In this document: positions 1 through 18,555 of the stretch, piece after piece | Layout of the letters: the number at the start of each line of letters is the position of its first letter | Numbering within the stretch: the stretch's first letter is position 1 | Assembly (NCBI RefSeq): GCF_009914755.1 | Contig: NC_060927.1 | Origin: the human T2T-CHM13v2.0 reference genome, Homo sapiens | Strand: one strand, 5' to 3' | DNA: 64,000 nt | The notes under the pieces: model-generated | Seen by the model: only the letters and a program-made list of their open reading frames with translations | Told to the model about the DNA's origin: nothing | Databases searched by the model: none | Position numbers and translations under genes: made by a program

Positions 1-1942
1 TGTAATACATATTATAAATAATATATAATATATATTTTATATTATATATTATATATTTCATATAATATATATTTTATATGATATTTTATATATTTTATAT
101 ATAATATATATTATATAATTATAAATATAATATAATATGTATAATATATAATTATATAAATTATATAATATATAATATATATTAAATAATTAATTAATAT
201 ATTAATTAATTTATATATAATATATAATATATTTTATATATATAAAATATAATATATTTTATATATATAATATATAATATATTTTATATATATAATATAT
301 AATATATTTTATATATATAATATATAATATATTTTATATATATAATATATAATATATTTTATATATATAATATATAATATATTTTATATATATAATATAT
401 AATATATTTTATATATAATATATAATATATTTTATATATAATATATAATATATTTTATATATAATATACAATATATTTTATATATAATATACAATATATA
501 TTCTATATAATATATAATATATTTTATATATTATATATTATATAGAATATATAATATATTTTATATATTATATATTATATAGAATATATATTTTATATAT
601 TATGTTTTATATATAATATATAATATATGTTTTATAATATATAAATGTTTTATGAAATTTATAAAATATGTTACATATTAAATATATTTTATATAAAATA
701 TAAATTATATGTAATATATATTTTATATAAAATATATTATAATATATAATTTATATTTTATATAAAATATATGAAAGATGTATATATTATACTATATAAA
801 TATTAGATATATAAATATATAATATATAATTATATATTTATACATATTAGATATATAAATACATATCTAATATATATAAAAGATATATATTAGATATGTA
901 TAAAGATATATATTTATATATAAATATATTATATAAATATATAAATATATATTTTTATATATTTACATATTTTATATATTTATAAATTTATATATATATT
1001 TATATTTATATATTTATATATAATATATATCTTTTATATATTATATATAATAATTATATATAAAATATGTATATATAAAACATACTTATATATAAATTAT
1101 ATACACATATTTGAAACATATATATATTTTATATACACGTATATATAAAACATATACTTATATATTTTATATACACGTTTATATAAAACATATACTTATA
1201 TATATTTTATATACACATGTATATAAGACATACTTATATATATTTTATATACACGTGTATATAAAACATACTAATATATATTTTATATACACGTGTATAT
1301 AAAACATACTTATATATATTTTATATACACGTGTATATAAAACATACTTATATATATTTTATATACACGTGTATATAAAACATACTTATATATATTTTAT
1401 ATAGACGTGTATATAAAATATATACTTATATATATTTTATATACACGTGTATATAAAATATATACTTATATATATTTTATATACACGTGTATATAAAATA
1501 TATACTTATATATATTTTATATACACGTGTATATAAAATATATACTTATATATTATATACACGTGTATATAAAATATATACTTATATATTATATACACGT
1601 GTATATAAAATATATACTTATATATATACTTATATATATACTTATATATACTTATATATATACTTATATATACTTATATATACTTATATATATACTTATA
1701 TATACTTATATATACTTATATATATACTTATATATACGTATATATATACTTATATATACTTATATATATTTTATATACACGTGTATATAAAATATATACT
1801 TATATATATTTTATATACACGTGTATATAAAATATATACTTATATATATTTTATATACACGTGTATATAAAATATATACTTATATATATTTTATATACAC
1901 GTGTATATAAAATATATACTTATATATATTTTATATATATAT
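1..1942. repeat. AT-rich simple repeat/minisatellite complex: (TA)n-like, 25-bp, 12-bp and 38-40-bp units
   Basis: Almost pure A/T. A 25-bp unit TATATAATATATTTTATATATATAA repeats at ~250-480. A 40-bp unit TATATATATTTTATATACACGTGTATATAAAATATATACT repeats at ~1240-1620 and ~1760-1930. (TATATATACTTA)n-like units lie at ~1620-1760. The Y/I/T-rich ORFs are artefacts of the repeat. Confidence 0.97.
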
Positions 1943-3113
1943 TTCTCCCCCCCCAAATTCTCAATCTGACTTTAAATAATTTCTTCTGGTGATTGTACTT
2001 CAGTATTGTAGGTATCACAGTTAAAGATAAAAAGTTGGCAGAAGTTTAGAGAAAAATATCAAATTTATACATAATACACTTGTTTTACGTATCTATTATC
2101 ATTTAAGATAAATTTTTATTTGAAATTGATTGATTCTACCTTAGTCATTATTTGTCAAAAATATTACAGGATATTTCAACTTCCACAAATAGGTTGAAAT
2201 TTGCATACTTATATTTATAATCGGATATTCCAGCTCTATTTATATTTTCATGTATTTTCACTTGCACTGAGAGCATAAAAGTATATCTAAGTTAACAAAT
2301 TACATCATTCACACCACAAATATATGCAAAACTCTAGTTCAGTAGAGTGCTTTTATTTTAACCTCTAATCAAATTATTATTTCTCATTTCACTTTAGCCC
2401 TACCTATAAATAAACAGAAAGAAGGAACCAGCTTCTTGCTTAATAGTGTGAGGAGCTCTGTTGGTTGATTTGCTCCCTAGTGAAAGTGAAGAAACAACAA
2501 CAACAACAACATTACAACTACTTAAAGCAACTGGAAATGGTCTTAGGGGCAGTCAGCAAATGAAGCAACATCTATTTAATAACATCCACAAAAATTTTAA
2601 GGAAAGGCAGGAGTTTGTGGTATTTGAACCAAGAGCATTCACTTTCCCACCTCTCCCAACTTCGTGAGCCAAAGACCCCACTTCAGACTGCTGCAACCAA
2701 GAACACAGGTTTCCTCTATTCCCAGTGCCCAGATAGAGGACTTTCTTACTGGGAGAAGCTGGATGCCAGGATTTCTTATCCTGCCCCCAGCTATCTGTTG
2801 CTGAGACTAGGTCCTAGGCAAGTGGGATTGTGAAGTGGAACACTTGTATAGAACAGGCGGTCTCATTTATTTGTGTGTAGCATGGTAAAAATACTGGGGC
2901 CATACCATCTGTGCTACGCTCATGGTGTGCTTGTTTCATGCCAGAGAAGCAAGACAAAGGAACCTAGGCTCTTATTCCTTCCAATCCCATTGCTAAGCTT
3001 CTAGAGCAGCTGTGTCACTCAGAGAGAAGCTTCCCATTGTTCCCTAGTTCCAGAGCTGTAGCTCAGAGATTTTTACCTGTTGGGAGAAACAGAACACAAA
3101 ACAGACTGCTCTT

Positions 3114-7292
<4,179 letters not shown>

Positions 7293-7404
7293 AAAACAGA
7301 CTGCTCTTAATCTCCTCCCCAGGAAAATTTTTTTAAAAAGTGACTGTATTTGCAACAGAGAATGGAGAAGTTCAAGCCTGAAGGTACTCTGAAGAACAGC
7401 AGAG

Positions 7405-7570
7405 TCCCGGCATGTTGGCTTACACCTGTAATCCCACCACTTCAGGAGGCTAAGATTGGAGGATTGCTTGAACTCAAGATTTCGAATCAATTTCCATAAT
7501 TGCACCAGTGCATACCAACCTGGGCAAAAGAGTGAGACCTCGTCTCTAAAAACAAACAACAACAACAAAA
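7405..7570 (+). mobile_element. Old Alu monomer-length fragment (FRAM/FLAM/AluJ-like)
   Basis: GGCTTACACCTGTAATCCCACCAC...GGAGGATTGCTTGAAC...GAGTGAGACCTCGTCTCT followed by an A/AAC tail. Confidence 0.8.
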
Positions 7571-7959
7571 ACCGAGGGTTGTAGAGTTGTTGAAAAAGGC
7601 AATTTTGAGGAGATTCAAAATACAGTCTAAACTCTAGGTAAGTTGTAGGAGAGAGCCACGTAATGACATCTGAGAGGAGTCCTCTCTGAGTCAGACCAAA
7701 AATCAAACACTGACTTCAGAAACTATTTCTTCAAAGGAGCCAGAATTAAATGAATTAGTGTGCAGAGCAATTTATGCCCAAGAACATTGTCAAAAACAAT
7801 GTAGCAATCAGCCAGCAATTAGTGGAGTTTAATGGCTTGGTATGTTCAGAGAAAAATTCAGTCCTGCCAATGGCACTGTCCTTCCTGTGTGCATCTTCCT
7901 GAGAAACAACGGCAGAAACTGAACACCGGAGTGGGATGTGGGGAAGTTAGGATGAATTT

Positions 7960-8720
7960 CATGAAAATAATCCATTCAGTCACTAAACAAATAGATAAGC
8001 AAACCATAATAGCCCAGAGGAGGAGGGGGATACCAGTACCCAGAGTTGCTGTAATGTACTGTCTAAAATGTCCAGTTCCCCCAAAAAAATTCTAAGACAT
8101 GTAAAGATAATAAGACCCATACACTGAAAAAAAAATGCAGCCAACAAAACTGCCTGTGAGAAATACCAGATGTCAATTTTATCAGGAAAAGACTTTAAAG
8201 TAGCCATTACAAACATGTTCACAGAACTAAAATGAAGAAAAGAAAGATATGAGAACAATGTGGCATCCAATAAAGACTATCAATAAAGAGTTAAGAATTA
8301 TAGAAGACTAACAAATGAAAATTATGGAGTTAAAAAGTTATAACAATGAAAATTAAAAATGCACTAGAGGGGCTTTTCAGTAAATTTGAATTTACAGAAG
8401 AAAAAAATAAGCAAATTTAAAGATAGAGCAATAGAGATTTGGCAACCCAAGGAAGAAGCGAGAGCCCCAGAGTAATGTGAGACACAATTAAGCACAACAA
8501 CAAACTCATAATGGGACCACTAGAAGGAGAGAAAGAGAAGAAAAAATAATCTCAAAAAAATAATGGCTGAGAAATCCCCAACTTTAGTGAAAAACCATTA
8601 AGTTCACATATAGGAAACTTGAAAAACTTCAAACAGGGTAAACATTAGGAGTCCCACAAACCAATATGCCACAGTAAAAATGCTGAGAGTCAAAGACAAA
8701 AAGAAAATCTGAAATGCTAC
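7960..8720 (+). mobile_element. Ancient L1M 5'/ORF1-like relic
   Basis: A-rich, with GACTTTAAAGTAGCCATTACAAACATGTTCACAGAACTAAAA and AATAATGGCTGAGAAATCCCCAACTTT, typical of degenerate L1M ORF1. May continue to ~2450-3097 on the other side of the L1PA. Confidence 0.6.
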
Positions 8721-8764
8721 AGATAATTTATTCATAAAATGATTTTTGCTTTGGAAATGATCAA

Positions 8765-8890
8765 AAGAGCCTGGGAGTCAAAAGTTCTAAATTCAAGTCT
8801 AGGTCTGCCATTTATTAATTAGATGAACTTCAGCAACTTTTTGGCATCTCTAAATTCTAATTTCCTAACCTGAAAAATAAAGTTAATATT
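8765..8890 (+). mobile_element. MIR fragment
   Basis: CTGGGAGTCAAAAG...TTCAAGTCTAGGTCTGCCATTTATTA...TTTCCTAACCTGAAAAATA resembles the MIR core. Confidence 0.6.
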
Positions 8891-10569
8891 TCAAACATGA
8901 AATATTACATCTTCTTACACTCAATGTGGTAATATATGTAAAAGCCTTCAGAAAAAAATAGATGTCCTAAAGAAATACAAAATGCTTTTAAAATTTTTAA
9001 GTTAAAATGTTTGGGGAGCTCAAACTAAGAACCCAGATTTTTCCAGTTTATCCTTTGCTTTGCTATAAAGCCAGCCTAATCCAGACAAGTGGCAGGAATA
9101 AAGGAGGCTGTTTTCTGTATCATAAACAATAGTATTCTTTTTAAAAAGACACAATTTGTACATCACTACAGGCAAAAAAAATATTTGAAGAAGCACTAGA
9201 TCAATACGCTCTAAATCAAGTATTTGTGGATTGACTCAGTATTTTAATATAACTAATGCAATTATATATTATGCCGGGGCAACTAAAAAGTAGTGCTTAT
9301 ATTCATGTAGATCAATTTCTCTAGAAGAGAAATGCATATCTATTTTAGTCTATAAAACTAGTAAGAAAAAATAGTATTTTCAACGAATATAATTTATATT
9401 GATATTTTAATATTAACTCTCTATTATCTATGTAATATAATGACTATTACTTATATATTACATACATTATATATATATGAAAATTTGCGATAAAACTGAA
9501 ATCCCCAAGGAAGACACTGATTCATGGAAATCAAACTATTTACATTTCTTAGAAATTAGTGAAAATCATGATTCTGTTTCAGCAAAATAGCCAAATGCTT
9601 ACAGAGAGAATTTTAATTTTGATTGTTCCAGAGAACAGTGTACGCAATACCAATGTTTGTGGATAAAAGTAACAGAGGTTTAAACAAGGTGGGAGGAGAT
9701 GTATTTTTTCTCACTTGAAAAGCAAGTCAGAGGTAGGCTTTACTGAGCATTCATTCAGCTATTAAAAATATCAACAGGAGTCCAGATTTTTCTCTGTCTT
9801 CATTTCCAAAGTGTTCATTCGGTGGTTGCAAGTAGACTTCAGATCCTACCATCGTGACTAATGAAGACATTCAGAGGCAGCAGTAAACAGTGGCCAGAAG
9901 TAAACAGGGCTTCTTCTCCAGAAATGTTATTTTTATGAATAAGAGAGAAAAATAACCATAAACTCTCAAGCAGACTTCTTAATTTATCTAGTTGGCTATG
10001 GCCAATCTTAGGTGCGACTCAGATAGAAATATGTTTCATCTATTATCTTTTATTAATATTTGAAGATTAGCAATTAAGAAGATATTGGGAATAGCTCACT
10101 CTTGGATCAACTAACCAATGATGTATGTCACAAGTACTATGAAAGAAGAAAATATTGCATAATTTCAAAGCTTATATAACTGCAAATATATAAAAAAGAT
10201 CCATTAATGATTAATAAGTTTTAATATTTCAACAAATGAGATAAGCTTTGGACACACTTTTCAATCCACAATTAATTGTATGAAACTCCTAAGTTATTAT
10301 ATTTCCTGATGATTTTAAATAGTCATACTGCCACAAAAAATTAAAGTACAAATTTGGTGCTAAACTATAAAACTATGTGACTTAAATTCTTTTCTAAGGT
10401 AGGATTTTTTCTAAACAACAATTGCAACTATTGTTTTTAACAAAAAGTTTAAGCTGCCAACTCAAATACTATATAATAATTTTTGGTTTGTTTGAAATGT
10501 CCAGTTCTCTTATTCCAGGGATATATTATGATTGTACTTTTCTACTTACTTGGTTTCAAAGCATAAATG

Positions 10570-10991
10570 TGTATTTTAGCCCATTTTCTGTTGCTATAAC
10601 AGAATACCTGAGACTGAGTAGTTTATAAAGAACAGAAGTTTATATAGCTTACAGTTCTAGACACTAGTAAGTTCAAGATTGTGCAGTCACCTCTGGAAAG
10701 GACCATGACATGCTGTGTCATATGGCAGATGGCATCACATGGGTGGCAGCACTTGCAAGAGCAGCAAATGAGTGCCTGCAAAAGAGATAGGGGCAAAGGA
10801 GGCCAACTCACTTTAAAAGAACCTGATCTCACAAAAGTCTCAAGCGTACTAACCCAGTCTCATGAGAAAGACATCAATCAATCTTAACAAGCTGATCACC
10901 TCTTAAAGGCCTCACCTCCCAACACCATTAGATTGGAAACTAAATTTCTACATGAGTTTTGGTAGGGACAAACCATATGCAAACCATAGCA
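10570..10991 (-). mobile_element. MaLR solo LTR (MST family)
   Basis: TGTATTTTAGCCCATTTTCTGTTGCTATAACAGAATACCTGAGACTG...CAAACCATAGCA termini match the MST LTR in reverse. Confidence 0.85.
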
Positions 10992-11947
10992 CCATGAGAG
11001 ACTTTTTTGGCTTGTAATGGTAGAATTATTTGTAGACACAGTGAATAAGGCCTGACTCAACACATGATCAAAAGTTGTAAGAGTCATTACATAATCTGGT
11101 TTATTTCTCTTTCTATTTATGTGAATAAATACATGAAACACAAATTAGCCTACATACTAAATACCAGCAAAAAAATTAGACTACCTTTTCAAATATTAAA
11201 TAAGCAAATGCTTAAGACTACATGTGATCATTATACAGTCACTAATTGTCACAGGACTATGCTGTGCTCTGTGGTGTCATCTCCATCCAGTTGAGCCTGT
11301 GAAATATACATCTACACATTTCTTACAGTCAGAACATGTAATACTGATGGCCAACAAGACCACGTAGGCATCCATCCCAGATCCCTCTCTCAGGCTGGAC
11401 AAAGTCTTCTAAGTTTGGTGGGGGGAGAAAATGGTGAAGGAGAGTCATTGAGTCCTGTGCCTGAACCCTCTATAAGATGATGATTCTGGGATATTCAGGC
11501 ATTTGAAGTATTTATCTAGCCCATCATCATGGGTCTGAATTAAGTCTTATTTCAACTGGTAATTTGGCCTCACATTGGCCATAATTGAGGCAGAGAGTGA
11601 ACTAAGTGAAGTAAGTAATTCTAGGAAACAGCATATCTTATTACACTCAGAGGCTCATGATCCTAATTGAGGTGCTGACAGAAATCCTAGGATTAAATAA
11701 GTAGTACAAATAATTAACTGTGTTATTTGAATGCAGGCCTGTTTAGAGGCATTGGGGTATATCAGATGACCACCTAAATTAACTAAATACTGTAAACTAT
11801 TTGATTTACTGGAGTCAGTACCTCAAAATCTGCTCATATTCTCAATGCTTAGCTCTGTAACATTTAAGAATTCCTGAAATGATGGGCTTCTAAATTATTA
11901 TGAAGGTATTACTGGTTTCCCAAGGAATATATGTGTATCTTCCTTAG

Positions 11948-12271
<324 letters not shown>

Positions 12272-12900
12272 GGAAATTATATTTCAATAGGTCTTAGGAA
12301 ATTCTATTAATTCACTTATGAATGTTGATTAATACCAAGATTAAGATATATATGTGTGTATATTTTTTTAAAAAGCAGTTGCAATATATATATATTTTTA
12401 AAAAGCAGTTGCAAACATTTTAAAATATATATAAATATTTATAAGAATATTAAAAGTAAAAAGGAAACTAATGAACATACATTCAAAAGTAACAATAACC
12501 ACAAAACCTTTTTTTAGATTTTGATGAGTTGATCAGATGTATATAATATGCTTAAATGAACTACACATAATTTGACAAAGATATGCTTTGTAAAGTCTTG
12601 GCTAACTAAAACTAAGTCTGCATAGCAAGTATAGTTGTAGAAAGGTTGAGTAAAAATGATCTATCCAGAGTAGATCATTATGGAAATCATACGTGTCAAG
12701 AAGTAATAGCCAACTTTTTTTCTATTACAAGGGCATTTTCCCTTTCAAGTTACTCAATCACAATACATGTGAAGTAATATATATAAAACTGCATGGTTTA
12801 TTTAAAGCAATGTCTTTTATTTTGTGGGAAAATAATTGTCTGTGAGGTTTGATGAAACTTCAAGAATACTGATCACTGTGATAGTCTTACTCACCCCATA

Positions 12901-13257
12901 TTCTATGGTCGAAATGTTTGTGTCCCCATAAAATGTATGTTTTGAAACCCAGTCCCCAATGTGATGACATTAGGAGGTGGTGCCTTTGAGAGTTGATTAG
13001 GTGATAAGAGGGGAGACTTTGTGAATGGGATTACTGCCCATATAAATGATGCCCCAGAGGACTGCCTTGCCCCTTCTACCACAGGAGGAAAGACATAGAC
13101 AGTGATTAACAAAGAAGCAGGCTCTCACCTAGACACCACATCTGCTGGATCCTTGACCTTGGACTTCCTAGCCTCCAGAATTGTGAGAAATAAATTTTTT
13201 TTGTGTATAAGGCAGTCAGCTTATGGTGTTTTGTTATAGTCCAAACATACTAAGACA
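12901..13257 (+). mobile_element. MaLR solo LTR (MLT1A-like)
   Basis: TATGGTCGAAATGTTTGTGTCCCC...TTGGACTTCCTAGCCTCCAGAATTGTGAGAAATAAA...TAAGACA. Confidence 0.85.
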
Positions 13258-14739
13258 GTGTGCCTCTTTTGTTTCACATTTACATTTAAATATGCAACAT
13301 CTTAGACTGTTCTCTTAGTTCTCATTGAATTAGAGAATTTTGCCTATGGAATCATAAAGATGATTATAAAAGTAACTATTATAACACATGTCTAACCTCA
13401 GAATTAAGTTTAATGAGATGCTTCTAACTTGTATCATTTCTTTACTTATCTTTAAAAAATAAAGGGTTTTTTTGGTAGTTTTGATGAGTTACAAATTTTT
13501 AGCATTTTATTATTAAAAAAACTTTGCTTCACATATAGTTCATTATATTCTAAAATTTGTCTAGGGAACAATAGATTGAAGATTAAGAATATAATATATA
13601 GGTTTGGGGAAGAGAGGAAGATCAAAATAAGTCTCATTTAAAACAAAAGAAAATAATGTATGAAAGTTTGCTGAAATCAATAACTAATTGTAATGTATTC
13701 ATCCTATAATGAAGTAAATATAATACCTTACTATAGCAATAAGTCACCTGTGTACCATTATAAATTAGCTAGAACCATAAATCCAGTAATTTCATGGTTC
13801 TTATTGATTTAACTTACTGATAGATTTACAACCTGACTATAATCTATTTAGTTGTAGGCACAGATTCAGTATTCAAGTAAAACTACTTATTTAATGAAAA
13901 TGTTGTTTTATTATCTAAAACTTGAAAATAGAGAGAAATTTTTGTTACCTTCATAGAAAATTCAATAGAATAAAATGATGTAAACATAACGAATAATCTT
14001 AAAATATTTCACCTACTCCTTAGTGCCAGTACTGCTAATGAGAGTCTCTGGAAGCTTGGTTACTTTTTAAAAAAACACTTTCATGTGAGTGTGGAGTTTT
14101 TGAGTCATGAGACTAAATTATGTCTTAAAATAATAAAATAAAACCCACTGTACATAAGTACGTAGCATACTAATTTAATAGTGTTTTTCTTTCATTAATA
14201 TAACTAGCTATTCACCTTAATTATAGGCCAGGTTGATTATCTCACTGAGAAATGTAATTGCACCACATCTCACTTTCATCTCTTATCTCCAGTATCATAG
14301 ATGAAATCGTCTTCCCAAAGGAAACCAATAAAGTCCAGTTCTCTGTTTTAACAGATGTGTGATAAAATTTCTAAATATCATAATGTTTCACAGCTTCTCT
14401 CTGAGTTTGTCTGGTTGTTTTTGCATTTTATTTTGAATGTCAAATTCACGTGATTGTTTTCTGGCCATCTTAGCCTTAATAAAGTTTAGAGATAAGTAAG
14501 AAGAGTTGGAATTATCTTATTAAGTAATGAATTTCAGGATGTAGTTTCAAGGTCAGCTTCAGCAATTATCTCTCTCTCTGTATTTTAACATGTGTTTCTG
14601 TTCAGTAGCCTATCTCTATCTGGACAGCTTATATAATTACAAAACTTCTCTTTTTGCATTTGTACAAAGTGCCCTCTTCTTAGAGATTGATCTATCAATT
14701 TGAAGACAAGCTTCAGCTACTAGTATACACTTTTTAAAA

Positions 14740-15115
14740 AAAATAAATTTTATTGTGTATATTTGAAGTTTACAACACAATGTTATAGAATATATAGGGA
14801 TAGTAAAATAGTTACTATAGTGAAGTAAATTAAAATAATTTATCATCTCATATAGCTACTATTTTGTGTGTATGACAAGAATAGCTAAAATCTACATATT
14901 TAACAAGAAAAAAATTCCCTAATAAAATAAAATCGTATCACCTATAGTCTTCATGTGGTATATTGGATTTCTAGACTTGTTCATTCTTTATGACGGCCAC
15001 TTTGTATCTTTTGACATTCCTCTCCCTCCCCATTTCCTCACCACCCCTGATGACTAACTAATGTTTTATTATCCATTTCTGTATATTCTCTATCTCTGTA
15101 TATTTGGCCTTTTCT
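14740..15115 (-). mobile_element. L1MA (L1MA8/9-like) 3' end
   Basis: TTTATTGTGTATATTTGAAGTTTACAAC...AGCTAAAATCTAC...CTATAGTCTTCATG resembles an L1MA 3' UTR. Confidence 0.7.
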
Positions 15116-15659
15116 TTCCTTAAAAGTCATACAGAATGATATGATTAATTTGAGTCTTACAGTAGAAAAAATAAAAAATAGTTCCTTTCTATTTTTCCTG
15201 TTACCTCCTTATACATAGTGATTTTGATATCTCACAGATCTGACCAGAAATCCATCCATCCAAACAGATGGAGTTAAATTTTCCTAGTATTTCAGCAGTT
15301 TTTGATGGATACATACCATGGGTTCAACAAAGGGACTATCTAGTCCCTAACCTAAAGGATCCCCTGTTTTCTCTGTGAATGAGTCAGGTACATGGATAAT
15401 AAAAGCTTTTCTACATTTAAAATGATTTACTAAAACATCTGTCAAAGAAGAATGTATAAAGTGCTATCTGTGGTAGCACAGTAAAAGGAGAAACTTAGTC
15501 TGCCTACTTGAAAAGGGTAGTTTCACAGATGTTATTTAACTGCATATTGAATGATGATTGCAAAGGTAGCAATGAAACATTATTGGGGCAAATGAAACAG
15601 CAAATGCAAAGAAACAGAGGTATAAAAGTGCATGGAATTTGGGATAGATGGAAACATTG

Positions 15660-16045
15660 ACCAGATTCTTCATCCCTCCCTGATGTATTTGCTTGCTATG
15701 GTCCCATCTTTGGCAGCAGGTGCTTCTCTAATCTGTGACTATGGGCATAAACATGCAACTTGATTTAACTAACAAAATACAGGATAAAACAATAATGCTT
15801 ATGGCAAAAGATGACTCATATATTTTTTATCACTGTCATAAGCTTCTACCCTTTCCATGAGAAGAATGTACTCTGGCTAGCCCATTGCTTGAAAGAAGAT
15901 GGAGAGAGGCAGAGCAGACCCAGATTTAAAAAGGTATAACCTAGGGTAGAGATGCCAAGTCAACCCACAAATTCATATGTTAGAAATAAATATTTACAGT
16001 TATAGTTTACTGAAGGTTCAGTTTTATTTTATGCGACAAAACAGT
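15660..16045 (+). mobile_element. Old MaLR LTR (MLT1I/J-like), apparently within L2 relics (~15370-16550)
   Basis: CCATGAGAAGAATG...GAGCAGACCCAG...AAATAAATATTTACAGTT. Highly degenerate. Confidence 0.5.
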
Positions 16046-16554
16046 ATTATTAAAGTGCAAAGAAACATTGGAAAGCAGCTCAGAAAACAATAAATAAATA
16101 AAACTGCAGCGCCAGGTTTCTATTTGTCAGAGAGCATATGTACAAGATGAACTCACAGTTACAGTTACATAATAATCAAATTACAAAAGCTTTTGAATGG
16201 CCATATTAGGTCTTACTTTTCAAGCATTGGGAAGCAGTAGAAGACTTTTATTGTAGTAAAAATCCAATCAAACTTAAAACATTACTCTGGCAGAATAGTA
16301 GTAAATAAATTAAGTTTAATGAGTAGTAGAATAGTAGTATATAAATTAAGGAGTGTAAAAGCTAGGGACGAAGATTGGGAATGTCGTTGTTGAAACTGTT
16401 CATTGAAAGAGTTTGAGATAAGAACTAAAGCATGAGGATGTGGGAAGAGATAAGTTTAGATAAATAAATGGAGAAGATTTCACAGAATAATTGAATAAAT
16501 AGATGTGGTTATATGAGAAAACACCTGCCCAGTCAGAAATCCAATTACTACATT

Positions 16555-16913
16555 TTCTGTTTTTACTTTCTAATTTTTATTGTATAGTTCAAGGAACACA
16601 TGTGCAGGTTTGTTAAAGGGGAGTTTGATGTGCAGATAATTTTGTCCCCCAGGTAAACAGCATAATGCCCACTAGGTATTTTTTCAGTCCTCACCCTCCT
16701 CTCACCTTCCACCATCCTATAGGTCCTGGTGTCTATTGTTCTCTTCTTTGTGCCCATGTGCACTCAATGTTTATATTCCACTCATAATAGAGAACATGTA
16801 GCATTTGATTTTCTGTTCCTGTTTTAATGTACTTAGGATATTGACCTTCAGCTTCATCTCAGTTGCCACAAGGGACATGATCTTGTTCTTTCTTATGACT
16901 GCATACTGTTCCA
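16555..16913 (-). mobile_element. Older L1PA (L1PA13-16-like) 3' UTR
   Basis: T-rich tail, CACATGTGCAGGTTTGTT, GAGAACATG...TTTCTGTTCCTG. Ends at GCATACTGTTCCAT. Confidence 0.85.
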
Positions 16914-18555
16914 TAAAATAAAAGGCATGCAAATACAAAGAGAGGAATTCAAACTATCTAGCTTCACAGACTATATGATTCTATAACTAGAAAACCCCAC
17001 AGTCTCTGCCCAGTAGCTCACAGATCTGATAAACAACTTTAGCAAAGTTTCAGGAGACAAAATCAATGTACAAAAAGCAGTAGCATTTCTATATATCAAT
17101 AATATCCAAGCTAAAAGCCAAATCAAGAATGCAATCTCATTCACAACAGCCACAAAAAAGAAGAAAATACCTAGGAATATAGCTAACCAGAGAGGTGAAA
17201 GATCTCTACAATGAGAATTACAAAACACTGCTGATAGAAATTAGAGATGACACAAAAAAATAGAAAAACATTCCATGCTCTTGGATAGGTAGAATCAGTG
17301 TTGTTAAAATGGCCATACTACCCAAAACAATATACATATCCATGCTATTCTGAGCAAACTACCAATGACATTTTTCAAAGAATTAGAAAAAAAATTCCAA
17401 AATTCTTTAGAGCCAAAAAAGAGCCTGAATAGCCAAAACAATCCTGAGCAAAAAGAACAATGCTGAAGGCAGCATGCTATTTGATGTCAAAATACACTAC
17501 AAGGCTACAGTAACTAAAACAGCATGGTACTGGTACAAAACCAGAAACATAGACCAATGGAACAGGTTACATAACCCAGAAATAAAGTTCCACACCTTCA
17601 ACCATGTGATCTTCCATAAAGCCAACAATAGCAAACAATGGGGAAATGAATGCCTATTCAATAAATGGTGCTGGGATAACTGGTTAGTCATATGCAGAAA
17701 ACTGAACCCTTACCTTTCACCATATGTAAAAATCAACTCAAGATAGATTAAAGATTTAAATTTAAAATCTAAAACAATAAAAAACCTCGAAGAAAACCTA
17801 GCAAATTCCATTCTGGACATTGGCCCTGGCAAAGATTTCATGACAAAAACCCCAAAAGCAATTGCACCAAAAGCAAAACTTTACAAGTGAAACCTAATTA
17901 AAGTAAAGGCTTCTGCACAGCACAAGAAACAATCAACAGAGTAAATAGACAACCTACAGAATGGGAAAAATGATTGCAAACTATGCATCTGACAACAGTC
18001 TAATATTCTGAATCTATAAGGAACTTAAACAAATTAACAAGCAAAAAGCAAAGACTCCATTGGAAAATGGGGAAAGGACATGAATAGACACTTTTCAAAA
18101 GAAGATATACACGCAGCCAGCAAACATATTTTACAAATGTTCAATATCACTAATCATTCAGGAAATGTAAATCAAAACCACAACGTGATACCATTTCACA
18201 CCAGTCACAATGGATATTATTTTTAAAAAATTTAAAAAAAACAGGTACTGGCAAGGTAGCAAAGAAAACAAAACACTTATACACTGATGGTAGGAATGTA
18301 AAATAGTTTAGCCACTGTGGAAACCAGTCTGGAGATTTCTCAAATGACTTAAAATGGAACTATGTCATGTCTCTACCCAGGAATTTCATTATTTGTGTAT
18401 ACCCGAAGGAAAATAAATCACTTTTACCAAAAAGACACATACAAGCATATGTTCATTGCAGCACTACTCACAATAGAAAATACATGAAATCAACCTAAAT
18501 GCCCATCAACAGTGAGTTAGATAAAGCAAATATGCTACATACACACCATGGAATA
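16914..18555 (+). mobile_element. Inverted ORF2 segment of the same L1 insertion
   Basis: Plus-strand ORF2 ([19 protein letters not shown]) ending at ACACCATGGAATA, the point where the minus-strand 3' piece resumes. Confidence 0.85.

Noticed and set aside
1111-1870. Y/I/T-rich ORFs, and a CRISPR-like look of palindromic repeats
   Set aside because: The ORFs are translations of the minisatellite. The repeats have no unique spacers, there are no cas genes, and the context is primate.
14334-14356. Acceptor-like TTCTCTGTTTTTAACAG
   Set aside because: No convincing partner donor or reading frame; such sites are frequent by chance.
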